Below, in pieces: positions 1 to 12,475 of a stretch of 64,000 nucleotides of DNA. Made by a program: the position numbers and the translations under genes. Source of the stretch: Vicugna vicugna (taxonomy: Eukaryota); NCBI GenBank assembly GCA_013265495.1, contig MU057776.1, positions 62,001-126,000 of the forward strand, read 5' to 3'. The notes beneath the pieces were generated by a model. It did no database searches, was not told the origin of the DNA, and saw only the letters and a program-made list of their open reading frames with translations. How positions within the stretch are numbered: position 1 is the stretch's first letter; each line of letters opens with the position of its first letter.

Positions 1-385
1 TTCTTGCCCATTTTTTAATTGGAATTTTTGAGTTTTATTTTGGGGCCATAGAAGTTCTTCATACATCCTGGGTATTAATCCCTCATCAGTTGTGTGACTT
101 GCAAATATTTTCTCCCTCCCACTCTGTGGGTTGTCTTTACACTCTCTTGATGGTGTCCTTTGATGCACAAAAGTCTTTGCTTTTGATGAAGTCAAATTTT
201 TTTTGTTCCTTTTGCTGCTCATGCTTTTGGCGTCATATCTAAGAATTCACTGCCAAATCCAAGATCATGAAGATTTCCTGCTACGCTTCTTCTTGACTTT
301 TATAGTTTTAGCTCTTAAGCTGAGGTCTTAGTTTCATTTTGAGTTAGTTTTTGTATGTGGCGTGAGCTAGGAATCCAGCTCCATC
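1..385 (-). mobile_element. Old LINE-1 ORF2 fragment, antisense
   Basis: T-rich text typical of antisense L1 ORF2 (ttgcaaatattttctccc, gatgcacaaaag, gctcatgcttttggcgtcatatctaagaa, tttgagttagtttttgtatgtgg). Boundaries approximate. Confidence 0.8.
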
Positions 386-1553
386 CAGGCACTGTTTTAA
401 GTGCTGTAGACGATTTTTACTGGTATCCCCTCCCTTTCAGCTCACAATCCTAGGAAGTCCGGATGAAGCAGATGAAGACACGTGGGCCCAGGGAGGTCAG
501 GAGCTTGTCTGGGGTCACACAGTGGCCAGCGCATTGCAGAACCAGGAGTTAGGCTATGCACTGGACCCCCAGACCCCCAGACTGGGAAGCTTCTGGAGAC
601 CAGGTCATGGATGAGAGGTGGAGAGTGAAGGGAGGCTGTCTTAGGCAGGCGGGTGCCTCTGTGGGGTGACATTTGAACACAGGTGGGAGGGAGGGGTGTA
701 TGGCATCCACCTTCTGTGCGCACACACAAGAGCTGCGCTGTGGGTCTTGTCCCGGGAGAGGAGGAGGCTCACAGGTGGGCGTGCCAGGCGGGGTGGTCCT
801 GCCGGCAACAGGCCCAGAGTAATCTACGCGCAGGGGTGGGGCTTTGGCCTCCTGGAGCACAAGGTCTGGGACAAAGGCCCCTCACTTGTCTGTGACAGGG
901 GCCACCCTGAGAGGGGCTCCCAAGTGCAGCAGCAACGCCCCAGCTGCTTCCCTGAGTCTAGTCCCCACCCACGGCCTCAGCAGCCAGGGGAGAGCCCTGC
1001 CCTGCAAGACAGCAGGGACCATCAGCCCTCCCCACCCCCACCCGCACCCCACCCCCGGAAAGAAGAGCTGAGTGCAGCTGCGTCTCAGCTGCCACCTGGC
1101 TCCTGCTAGCCCTCCTGTCTTCCTGGCCCTGAGCCTCCTGCAGAGGTGGGTGGGGACCCTCTTATCCATCTGATGAGGCAGTAAGGTGGGGGCTGTCCCC
1201 TGAAGCTGAAGGAGAACCCCACCCATGACCCTTCACTAAGCCTCGCCCACAGGTGGCCCCAGGAGCAAGACCCCCCTCAGGCAGAGACCAGCAGGACTTG
1301 GGGGGCCAGCAGGGATCGGGCTGCCTGCCCTCCTCATAGGCGGTGCTGTGGCCAAGGTCTGGACGTCCTAGGCTGGTGGGAGGCCACCCACCAGCTGCCA
1401 GCAAGACAAAACTTAGTTCAGCCTTGAGGGGACTTCAGTGTTCTTAGCAGCCCAAGTTCTGGAGGAAGCTGGGCACAGGGCGGGCACCCAGCAACCCCTG
1501 ATCTCCAAAGGTAGCAAAGGTCGGCGGCTGATAAGCCCCATAAAACTTTACGG

Positions 1554-1918
1554 GCCCTGTCCTTCCAAGGCGGGGCTGCTTTTCTCAAGGTCCTGCTGGC
1601 AGCCTTCCTGGCTAGACAGAGGCCTGGTTTCCGGGCTGTCTGAGGAGAACGCTTGAGCTAATCATTGATGAGATTACGATACAAGACTTTCTTTGTCTTA
1701 TTCTCTTTAACTGTGGCAAAATATACAAAATGTAAAATTGACCGTCTTAACCATGTCTAGGTTCACAGTTCAGGGACACTAAGCTCACTCACGTGGTTGA
1801 GCAGCCATCACACCATCACCTCCAGGACTCGTCCGACTTCCCAGACTGACACCCTGTCCCCAGTGAACACTCACTCCCCTCTCCCCGAGCCCCTGGCCCC
1901 GGGATCTGCTTCCTGACT
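1554..1918 (+). repeat. Dispersed direct duplicate of 62562-63121 (upstream flank of the IFITM1-like gene); right half derives from an old L1 3' end
   Basis: gccctgtccttccaaggcggggctgct...gagctaat...aaaattgaccgtctt aligns to 62562-62756. 1794-1873 is identical to 63005-63084 (80 bp, checked base by base). Confidence 0.92.
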
Positions 1919-2449
1919 TGAGCCATGCTGGTCCCTGGAGTACACTAACAGTTGCGAGGACTGGTAGGGTTGGAACCATGACATCCTGGGAGAAGTCTTT
2001 GGTGATGGAATTTAGGCTGGACACAGGACCCAAAGTCCCCTACAGCTGAGGGTGGCACCTTGAATAAGCTCTGGCCCAGAGAGTAAGTGAAGTGATACGT
2101 GCAAATCCTGGCCCTGACCTTGGAGGGAAGGGGGCAATCCCCTAGCCCCGGCTTTTCCCTCTTCCACGGCTGGTGGTGACCTGGTCACCCAGGCCAACTA
2201 CGGGATGGGGAGCAGCCCCAACGGTGGGAGCTGGGTCCCTGACCCCTCCGAGCCGCCCTGCGAGCCCTGCCACTGCTCAGGCCCAGACTGTCTGGTTTAA
2301 GCCACAGCAGGGTCCATCACAGCCACTGGGCTGACTGCCCAGTCCCACAGGGCTGTGGGGATCACGTGCACAGACAGCCAGGCTCGCCCAGCACTTGTGT
2401 GTGCACCAAATGACAGCTGCTTACAAGATTCCCTCTCAGAGTCCCAAAC

Positions 2450-3150
2450 TGAAATTAATGTTTTTAAAACACCTTTCATGAGACAGAACTTACATTCCAT
2501 CAAATCCACCCAACCCACCCATTTAAAGCGTGTGATTTGATGCTCCTTTGTGCAAGCTTAGCCCTGTTTGCATCACGATTCTGGAGCATTCCATTGCTCC
2601 AAAAAGAAGCCCCTTCTGTTAGCAGTCACCCCACTCCCCTTCCTCCCGGGCTCCAGCCCTCTGGTCCACCTTCTCTCTGTGGACATGTCTTCTGGACGGA
2701 ACTGAACAGTATTTGTCCCTGTGGGTCTGACTTCTTTCACTGAGCATAGTTTTCAGGGTTCATCCATATTGTAAACGTATCAGTGCTTCGTGCCTTTTTG
2801 TGGCTGAATAATATTTCAGCCATTGCACCATGTGGATAAACCACATTTTGTTTACCCACTCATGCACTGACATTTGGGTTGTTTGGGGCTCCTCTGAACA
2901 ATACTGCTGTGCATATTTGTGTAGAAGTTTTTGTGTGGATGTCACGTCTCCATTTCCCTTGAGCAGATAGAAAGCTCAGAGCTAAGTACTGGGTCATGTG
3001 GTAGCACCATGTTTACCATTTTGAGGGGCTGCCAGGCTGGTTCCCAAAGTGGCTGCGCCATGTTCCATTCCCACCAACACTTGTTATTGTCCATTGGTTT
3101 TATTTGTTACAGACATCCTACAGGGTGTGACGTGGTATTACACTGTGGGT
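2450..3150 (-). mobile_element. Old L1 (L1M-type) 3' end, antisense
   Basis: cccatttaaagcgtg, ttcatccatattgta, tggctgaataatatt, tttaccattttgagg, cattcccaccaaca resemble antisense L1M 3' UTR. Boundaries approximate. Confidence 0.75.
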
Positions 3151-3338
3151 TTTTTCAGTTGAAAGGCAGCTGATTTACAAGGTTGTGCTGGTTTCTGGTG
3201 TGCAGCACAGCAATTCGGTTATATATATATATCCATATATATACTTTTTCAGATTCTTCTTCATTATAGGTTATTAGAAGATATGAATATAGTTCCCTGT
3301 GCTGTATAGTAGGTCCTTGTTGCTTATCTATATGTCTT
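3151..3338 (-). mobile_element. Lineage-specific L1 3' UTR fragment, antisense
   Basis: Reverse complement of the L1 tail seen at 12060-12225 and 43500-43660 (aatatagttccctgtgctgtatagtaggtccttgttg). Confidence 0.8.
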
Positions 3339-3463
3339 TTTGGATAAAAGTGGATTTATTTAGAGAGATGTACATGGAGGGGGGTGTGGTGGTTCAAGTA
3401 AAGGTAGACACACACTCCATAGACAGAGTGCAGGCCGTCTCAGAAGGCAAGAGAGAGAGCGCC
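3339..3463 (-). mobile_element. Short tailed retrocopy of an ERV LTR R region
   Basis: Matches the R segment of the LTRs at 36936-37577 and 37882-38500 (gatttatttagagaga...cacactccatagacagagtg...gaaggcaagagagagagc). Short T tail at the left end. Flanking imperfect repeats tctatatgtctt (3327-3338) and tctgtatgtttt (3464-3475). Confidence 0.75.
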
Positions 3464-4359
3464 TCTGTATGTTTTCTTTTTCAAGTAGCCTTTATTTTTT
3501 TAGAGCAGTTTTAGGTGTACGGAAACATCTCCCGCAAGTACAGAGAGCTTCCACACCCCCACCCTCCGAGGTTCCCCTGCTGCTGACACCATGCGTTAGC
3601 GTGGTGCATTTGTGACAGTCGAGGAACCAGTGTTGGTACATTAGTATTAGCTAAATCCGTAGTTTACATTAGGGTTCTCTCTTGGTGTCATCCCTTCTGT
3701 GCATTTGGACAGGTGCGTAATGTCCCGTGTCCAGCATTACGGAATCACACAGAGCAGCTTCACTGCTGTAAAACGCCCTATGCGCCTCCTGGTCAACCCT
3801 CCCTCCCCCAGCCCTGGTACCATGGGTCTGTTTGCTGCCTGCCCTTTCCAGAGTGCCATGGGGCTGGAGTCACACAGGACGTAGCCTTGTCAGACTGACT
3901 TCATCCGCTGAGCAGTGTGCATTTAAGGTTCTTTGGTGTCTTTTCATGGCTTGATGGCCCGTTTCCTCTTCTCGCTGATCATCACTGTACGGAAGCACCA
4001 GAGTTTGCTTGTCCATTCACCTACTGAAGAACAAGAACATCTATCACCGAATTTTAGCAGTTATGACTAAAGCTGCCACAGACAGCCATGCCCAGGGTTT
4101 CATGTGCACACAAGTTTCAGCTCATTTGGGTCAATGTCTAAGAGTGCAGTTGCTGGATTGCCTGGTAAGCCTACATCAGCTTTGTTAGAAACCTCCAAGC
4201 TGTCTTTCACAATGGCTGTACCATTTTACATTCCTTCCGGCAGCGAAGGAGGTCCTGTTGCTCCATATCCTTGTCTGCATATGGTGCTGTCTGTGTTCTG
4301 GGTCCTAGGCATTCCAATAGGTGTGTAGTGGTGTCCTGCTGTTTTAACCTGCATTTCCC

Positions 4360-4594
4360 AGTTTGAGATTTGCAAATGTTAGCCACTGTATATAAAAATA
4401 TGTTTTAAAACCCAAGTTTCTTCTGTATAGCACAGGGAACTATATTCAATGTGTTGTAATAACATTTAATGAAAAAGAATATGAAAACAAATAAATGTAT
4501 GTATATGCATGACTGAGACATTGTGCTGTCCACCTAAAGTTGACCCATTGTCACTGACTGTACTTCAATTTAAAAAATAATAATAAATTTCTAA
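4360..4594 (+). mobile_element. 5'-truncated younger L1 3' end nested in old L1, with TSD
   Basis: gagatttgcaaa...tatagcacagggaactatattcaa...A-rich tail. Flanked by aacctgcatttccc (4346-4359) and aactttgcatttccc (4595-4609). Confidence 0.85.
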
Positions 4595-7588
4595 AACTTT
4601 GCATTTCCCTAGTGGCATATGATGCTGAACATCTTGCCACATGACATTTGTCATCTGAATATCTTTTTTGGTGAGGTATCCAGATCTTCTGACCATTTTT
4701 TAAGCAGGTCATTTTTTTGTTATTGTCGAGTCTAGAAAGCTTTTTATGTATTTCAAATAACAGCTTTTAATCAAATATGTCTTTTGCAAAATTTTCTTCC
4801 AGTCCGTGTCTTGTCTTTTCATTCTCTGAACAGTGTCTTTTGCAGACTAGAAGTTTTTCATTTTAATTGAGTCAAATGTATCCATTTTTTCATGGATCAT
4901 TATTTTGGCATTGTATCTAAAACATCATTGCCAAAACCAAGGTCACCTAGATTTTCCTCTAAAAGTTGTATTATTTTGCACGTAACTATGTTGTATCTAT
5001 GATCCATTTCAAGTTAATTTTATGAGAGGTGTAAAGTCTGTGTCTAGGTTGATTTTTCCCACGTGGAAGTCCAATTGTTTCAGTACCACTTGTGGAGAAA
5101 GGCTCTCCTTTCTCTACTGTATTGCCTTTGCTCCTGTGTCAAAGTTGTGTTGACTATGCTTGTGTGGGTCTGCATCTGGACTCTCTGTTTTGTTGCACTG
5201 TTGAGTGCGGCTAGTCTTCTGCCAGCACCACCCTGTCCTGATCACTGGAGTTTACAGAAAGTCTCAAAACCAGGTAGTGTCAGTCCCCAATTTTGTTCTT
5301 GCTCATTGTCATGTTGGCTATTCTGGGTCTGTTGCCTCTCCATGAAAACTTCGGTATCCATTTGTAAATACCCACAAAATAACTTGCCTGGATTTTGACT
5401 GGGGTTGCACTGAATCTATACACCAATCTGAGAAGAACTGGCATCTTAATAATATTGGGTCTTTCTATCTGTAGAATGTGGAACATTTCTCTCTTGATTT
5501 AGATCCTTGATTTCTCTCATCAGAGCACCACAGTTTTCCTCATGTGGATCTTGCACACACTTTGCTGAATCTGTACCTATATATTTCACTTTTTAGAGCT
5601 AATATAAATGACATATGCTTTAATTGAAAATGCCAGTTGTTCACGGCTGGCATACAGGAAAGCAGGCAGCTTTTGCACATGAACCTTGTGTCCTGCAACC
5701 TTGCTGTAATTGCTTATTAGTTCCAGGAGTTTTTGTTCTTTGGAATTTTCTACATAGACAATTACGTGTGGGGAAAAAAGAGCTTATCTTTCACTTCCCA
5801 GTCTGCACACGTCTGTTACCTTTCTGAGTCTTATTGCATAATGAAGACTCCTCTGTGGAATGTGAAGGGTGGAAGAGAGGATCCCTGCGCTGCTCCTGAG
5901 CTGGGAGGGGCAGCTTCTGGCTTCTCACCTCAAGCGCGATGCTAGCAGTAGGCTTTTAGGCAGCTGTTGTTTCTTAACTAAAAGACTCCCCTCTGCTCCT
6001 GTTTGCTGAGAGCTTTCACTATGAATGGGCGTGGGGTTTGCAAATGCTTTTTAAAAGTTTATTGATATGATGATGTGATTTCTCTTCCTTGGCCTATTAA
6101 TAGCTGGGTTGCACTCAGCTGATTTTTAACATTAAACCAGCCTTGCACGCCTGGGGTAAAGCTCACATGGTTGTGTTGTATAATTCATGTTAGACATGCT
6201 GGACTCAACTTGCTAAAATTTTGTTGAAGAGTTTTGCATCTACCCATGAGAGAAACTGGCGTATTATTTTCCTTTCTTATAATATCTTCACCTAGTTTTG
6301 GTATTAAGGAAACATGGCTTCATAGTATGAGTTAGGAAGTGTTCCCTCTGCTTCGGTATTTGGAAGAGATTGTAGAGAACCATCATCGTTTCTTTAAATG
6401 TCTAGTAGAATTCACCAGTGAGCCCGTCTGGGCCTGATGCTTCCTGCTTTGGAAGGTTGTCAGTCAGTGATTCAGTGTCTTTAATGGACGCAGACATGTT
6501 CACAGTATCTACCTGTGTGAGTTTTGGTAGACCGTGTGTTCCAAGGAGCCGATCCATTTCACCTAAGCTGTCACCTTCGTGGGCATGGGGCTGTTCGCAG
6601 TACCCCATCATCATCCTCTCCATGTTCGCGGGATCTGCAGTAATGGCCCCTGTGTAATCTACCTTATCTGCCTTTCGCTTGGTTAGCCTGGCCAGAGGCT
6701 TTTGAATATTATTGCTCTTTTCAAATAACTAGTCTTTCATTCTTTGATTTTCTCTCTTAACTTCCTGCTTTTGGTTTCATTGATTCCTGCTCTAATTTTT
6801 ATTATTCGTTTTTTCTGCTTGCTTTGGATCTCATTCACCTTTCTTTTTCTAGTTTCTTAAGGTAGAAGCTTTCATCACTGATTTTAAATCATTCTTCTTT
6901 TCTAATCTATGCATTCAATGCTATAAATACCCCTCTAAGCATGGCTTTAGATGGATCCCTTCAATATCGGTAAGTTGTATCTTTACTTTCACTTAGTTAA
7001 AATATTTTAAAAATTTCCCTTGAGACTTCCTTTTGACCACTGTGTTATGTAGAAGTGTATTTTTAAATCTCCAAACATTTTGGAATTTTTAAGTTATCTT
7101 TCTGTGATTGTTAATTCCACTGTGGTCTGAGAACAGATATTATATGATTTCTGTTCTTTTAAATTTGTTAAGATGAGTTTCAGGGTCCAGAATGTGGCCG
7201 TTCTTGGTGAATGTTATGTATGCACTTGGGAGGAATTCTTAGGATTTGTTCTTTTAACAGTTTTCGCATACACCATACAGCAGTGTTAGCTGTAGTCATC
7301 CTGCAGCGTGTTACATCTCTCATCTTCATTTATCTTATAACTGGAAGCTTATGCCTTTTGATCACCTTTATCAAACTGTTTTTGTTTTGATTACTGTTAG
7401 CATGGTATATCTTTCTTCATTCCTTTACTTTTAATGTAATTGTGTCTTTATATTTAATGTGGGTTTCTTGTGGATCACGTTTTTTATCCACTCTGATAAT
7501 CTCTCTCTTTTAATTGGTATATTTAGATCATTTACATTTAAAGTGGTTATTGATATAGCTGGATTAATGTTTACCGTATTTATAACTA

Positions 7589-7706
7589 TTTTCTATTTGA
7601 AGCCTTTTTCTTTCTTTCTTTCTTTCTTTCTTTTTTTTTTTTTTTTTTAATTTTTTTCTATTTGAAGCCTTTTTCTTTCTTTTTTTTTTTTTTTTTTTTT
7701 TTTTTT
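7589..7706. repeat. Duplicated ttttctatttgaagcctttttctttct unit with (CTTT)n/poly-T tracts
   Basis: Unit occurs at 7589 and 7654, each followed by T runs. Confidence 0.85.
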
Positions 7707-8459
7707 GTCCTCCACTCTTTTTCCACCTTCTCTGGTTTTGAGTACTTTATATGATTTTCAAATTTCTCTTATTCTCTTAACATATCAATTATATGTCTTT
7801 TTTTAAATGCTTTAGTGGTTTCCCTAGAGTTTACAATCTACTTTTACAATCAATCTAAATCCATTCTCAAATAACACTCCAGAACTTCGTAGGCAGCACA
7901 AAAGCCCTATGACCAGCATATCCCCAGTCTTCCTCCATCTCACACACACTGTCACCACTCATTTCCTACCCACAAGCTACAATCACCTGATACTGATTTC
8001 ATTATTTTGAGCAAACTGATAGATCAGCTAAGCATACTGGAAACACAGACTTTATTTTACCTTCATTTATTCTTTCATTAATGTTCTTCATTATTTATGT
8101 AGATCTGAATTTTGACCTGTATCATTTTCCTTCTCTCTGAAGAACTTCTCTTTACAATTCTTTCAGGGCTGCTCTACCAGTGAGAAACACCCTCAGTTTT
8201 TGTTTGTGTGAGGAAGTCTTTATTTCTTTCATGTCTGATGTATAATTTCGCTGGGTAAAGAACTCTTTCAACCGTTTGAATATTTCCTCCCACTCTCTTG
8301 CTTGCATGGTTTCTGAGAAGTCTGCTGTAACCCTGTCCTTGCTCCTCTGTTGGTAAGGCCAGGGTATTTTTCTCTCTGAGTGAGACTGGAAGGCTAACGA
8401 GGGCTAGGGTTGAATACTGTCCTTTCCCCAGGTAGGCTGGGCTCTGTTAAGATCCATAC

Positions 8460-8590
8460 TGGATACCAGCAGGGAAGACCGTGTGAAGACCCTGGAAGAA
8501 GACAGTGACCTACACATCAGAGAGAAAGGCCTTAGAAGAAATCAGCCCTGCTGACACTTTGATCTCAAACTTGTGGTCACCAGAACTTCT
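8460..8590 (+). mobile_element. MaLR (MLT1-like) LTR fragment
   Basis: gaagaccgtgtgaagac...aggccttagaagaaatcagccctgctgacactttgatctcaaactt resembles the MLT1 core. Confidence 0.7.
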
Positions 8591-8859
8591 GACAGCCAAC
8601 AAATCAAACATCCGCTTCCAAAATCCCAGGGTGCAAGAGTATAAAAGGAGAAGAATTGCTGCAGTGAAAAACCTCATTCAGAGAAAAGGGGAATGAGCGC
8701 CACCCAGGATGCCCGGCAGCTCCTGCAGGATGGGGGCAGCGAGGGCTCTCCTGCTAGACTAGCGGATCTGGGGGTCAAGCCAGCCTTGCACTACTGGAGC
8801 CAGGCCGTTTAGTCACGGCTTGTCAGTCTTCTTACGTGTTAGGGAGTTCTGCTTGCTAG

Positions 8860-9240
8860 TGGGTCACTGAGGGTTTTCGTGTCTGTGTTTATCAGGGGTG
8901 TTGGTCTTCAGCTTTCCTGGCACGTGTCTGTAATGCCCTGCTTTGGGTGTCAGGGCCATAGGGCCTCACAGAACAAGGCGAGAAGGTTTCCCTCCATTTA
9001 TACCTCTTGCAAGAGTTTGTGAAGGACTAACAGTAACTCTTCTTTAAATGTTCAGTAGCATCACCACGGATGCTATCTTGGCTTGGGCTCTTCTTTGTGA
9101 GAAGTTTTTGATTATTAATTCAGTCTCTTTACTTGCTATGGATCTAGTCAGACTTTAAATGTTCTTTTGAGTCAGTGTCAGTAGTTTATGTCTTCTTAGG
9201 AATTTGTCCGCTTCATCTAAACCATCTATTTTGTTGGTAT
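8860..9240 (-). mobile_element. Antisense L1 ORF2 fragment
   Basis: tcttctttaaatgttcagtagcatcacc, tttttgattattaattcagtctctttactt; homologous to 6250-6560. Confidence 0.7.
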
Positions 9241-10284
9241 ACAGGGAGTGGGTCAGCTATAGGTCCATTTTTGCCCTCCCCTTACCCGCTCCTCCAGAGA
9301 AAGAGGTCATGGACCCTTCAGTGGTTCTTTCTCTGAGGTCAAGATATAAATAGGGTGCTCAGAACAGGGAAAGAAGGACTCTATTCAGGGCACACCAAGT
9401 GCTCAAGAACTAGGCTTTTCAAACCCCAAAGGCGGAGGGGGTGATGTTGAGGGCATGGTCAAGAGGACTCCAGGGAGATCTCATTAGCAGCTGCCATGAG
9501 GACAACACTTGAGAGTGAGGAAGAAAGGATTAAAGATTTTCGTGAAACTTTGTTGGGTAATGAAATCCGGTGGGAGGGACTTTGAGGAAATTCACAATGC
9601 AGTGTAAATCATTGTTAACAATTTAAAAGTCATATCTTTTGAAGTGGTCCTGCGGAGAAGCTAAGCCCTGTGGGTGACACAGCCCAGAGCAGATTGGCAA
9701 TGTGCATGCTGGCTCCCCTCCCCTCCCTGCTCTCATTTTCTTTTTCTCATCAGTTCACTAACCTCTCCTCTCCCTGCTCTCTTGGCCTCTCCTTCCCTCT
9801 GCTCCCAACCCCACCCACCCATCAGGTCCAGGCAAAGGAGCTTGGAAATGCTGGCTCCAGGGCTGCTCTCAGCAGGTGCTGAGAGTTTGTGAGGGCAGAG
9901 TCCACTCAAGGAGGGTCCATATTAGGAGATGGGCTGACCTTAGCACCCCCACTCCATGACCTCAGGACCCTTCCCAGGCTGGTTGTGGCAGAATGCACCA
10001 GACACACGCCTCAGCCCCACGTTACCGGGGCCCCAGTGTTATCTCTGACCTGCACCCTTGGTTCCTTCGACAAAAGGAAAAGACCATTTTGAGGAAAAGT
10101 TCATGGTCAGCAGGGCTAAGAGCTGAGGATAAGTGAAGTGGAATCAGAACTGAAGTGGTTTAGAAATTGGAACAGTCTTGGTGACCCCAGAAAATGTAGC
10201 TTCATAGTGAGGGGGTTACCCACAGGACCTGAGTGGTGATGATAATTAATGCCCAGAAGGCGCTAGGCACATGTGTTACAGCCC

Positions 10285-10435
10285 TCGACACTGAGGTTCT
10301 GTTATCATGCCATTCTACAGATGAGGAAATGGAGACACAGACAGGTTAAGTAACTTGTCCAAGGTCACCCAGCTATTGGGTGGTGGGGCCAAGATTTGAT
10401 CCCAGACAGCCTGGCTTAGAAGATTGTGCTCTTCA
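10285..10435 (-). mobile_element. MIR SINE
   Basis: cattctacagatgaggaaatggagacacag...aagtaacttgtccaaggtcac is the reverse-complement MIR core. Confidence 0.85.
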
Positions 10436-11254
10436 GTCTAAAACAACAATGAAAGGGAGAGAGGGTTCAGTTGTAGAGAGCTTGCTTTCAAGAATTTATA
10501 CTGTGGAGAGAGAAAAGTGAATGTGCATTTAGGAGAAAAACAGCAGTGGCCTGTGTGGGAATCAGTGTTGCATCTTGGGGCTCAATGAAGGGCTCAGTGA
10601 GGGGCGCGCTGGGTCTTCAGCAGTGGGGCTGTGGCTCAGGGGCCCCACGATGCCCACCGAGCTGCGCAGGGCCAGATTCTGTCCGCAGCCCAGCTCTGAA
10701 ACATCTGCATTTGTTGTCTAAGCTGTTGCTTTGCCTGGGAAAGCTCTCTGCAGAATCACAGCATGTCAGAGGAGCTGGGACCCCACACGGTGTTCACAGA
10801 AGTTGCCCCCTGGCAGCTGAAGCCAGGCTCTGCTCGGGGCTTGTCTCCAGGACCCTAACCCCAAGGAGACCTTGTCCGCTCTTCTGCTTTGTTGGGTGCT
10901 GCCCACACCACAATTGGGGTGAAGATCTCGTCCCTACTCTAGGCCTGGCCCGAGGTGGGGGGGTGCTGCTTCAACCCATGGGGCAGGCTTGCTGCCTCAT
11001 CCTCTCAGGGCTCTATGGGGACAAATGAGACTTGTTCATGTTTTTAAAAAGCACAAAGTATCCCTCCCACCAGGATGTGTGCTGGCGTGTCTCCTCCAGG
11101 CTTTCCCCTCACCCATCCTGCTCTGCACCCAGGAGGCTGCCTGCATGGGGGGCAGTCAGCAGGAGAGAGTAAGGAGGCTACCTTGGGGTAGATGTGAGTG
11201 TGGATGAAACCACCTGAGCCCTCCTCAGGGAGTGATGAGGTCTGTTTGCATTAA

Positions 11255-12230
11255 ATAGAAAGAGAACTCATAGGTAGTACAACTCAGTAACAAAAAAACA
11301 AGCAACCGTATCAAAATAAAGGCAGAAGACCTAAACAGACATTACTCCCATGAACACCTCCAGAGGGCCAGTGGGCACGTGAAAAGATGCTCAACATCGC
11401 TAATTATCAGAGAAATGTAAATCAAATCTACAATGAGGTATCCCCTCACACATGCCAGAATAGCCACCATTAAAAAGTCCACAAACGATAAATGCTGGAG
11501 AGGCTGTGGAGAAAAGGGGACCCTCCTACACTGTTGGTGGGAATGTAGTTTGGTGCAGCCAGTATGGAAAATAGAATGGAGATTCCTTACAAAACTCAAA
11601 ATAGACTTGCCATATGACCCAGCAATCCCACTCCCGGGCAGGTATCCAGAGAAAACTCTAATTCAAACAGATGCATCACCCCAGTGTTCATAGCAGCACT
11701 ATTTACAATAACCAAGACATGGAAATAGCCTAAATGTCCATCAACAGATGACTGGATAAAGAAGTTGTGATATATTTATACAATGGAATACTACTCAGCC
11801 ATAAAAAAGAATAAAATAATGACATTTGCAGCAACATGGATGAACCTAGAGATTATCATATTAAGCGAAGTGAGACAGAGAAAGACAAATATATGATATC
11901 AATTATATGTAGAATCTAAAAATTGGTACAAATGAACTAATTTACAAAACAGAAACAGACTCACAGACATAGAAAACAAACTTATGATTACCAAAGGGGA
12001 AAGAGGCAGGGATAAATTAGGAATTGGGGGCTTGCAGATACTAACTACTATATATAAAATACATAAACAAGGTCCTATATAGCACAGGGAACTATATTCA
12101 ATAGTTTGTAATAAACTATAATAAAAAGAATATGAAAAAGAATATATATATATAAATGTATAACTGAATCACTCTGCTGTACACCAGAAACTAACACAAC
12201 ATTGTAAATCAACTACTTCAATAAAACACA
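11255..12230 (+). mobile_element. 5'-truncated L1 (ORF2 C-terminus plus 3' UTR)
   Basis: ORF 11433-11693 ([15 protein letters not shown]...[19 protein letters not shown]...LPYDPAIPL) is the L1 ORF2 Cys-rich end. Ends acttcaataaaa. Confidence 0.92.
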
Positions 12231-12475
12231 AAACTCTTAGGTAGAATGGGCACCTCCATGGACCTCTTGCTCCTGGGGAAGGGCCAGCAGAACAGAGGCT
12301 CCCTGAACTCTGGGTTCCCTCCCCAAGTGCAGCTCTCAAGGCTCCTGATGGAAGCAGAACCAAACACAGGGATGACATACGGAGCCAGAAAGGCAGTGAC
12401 TGTCCCAGAGCCCCTGTTCTTGCAGACACACTCTCACAGAAGTGCTCACTCACACAAGTTCTCTCAGAGAGATAC

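Larger units (their letters stand above)
3485..8360 (-). mobile_element. Large degraded antisense L1 (3' UTR through ORF2), interrupted by younger inserts
   Basis: Continuous antisense L1 text. Minus-strand ORFs 5280-5486 (RPNIIKMPVLLRLVYRFSATPVKI) and 6402-6623 (LPKQEASGPDGLTGEFY) are recognisable L1 ORF2 peptides. Confidence 0.85.

Noticed and set aside
560..590. Match to 55581-55610 (ccccagacccccag.ctggg)
   Set aside because: About 25 bp, low complexity, does not extend.
1160..1410. COX8B or IFITM pseudo-exon, expected from synteny and the adjacent duplicated flank
   Set aside because: Only weak resemblances (LLAPQVLL, TAYEE) in GC-rich sequence; no start, splice structure or second exon found.
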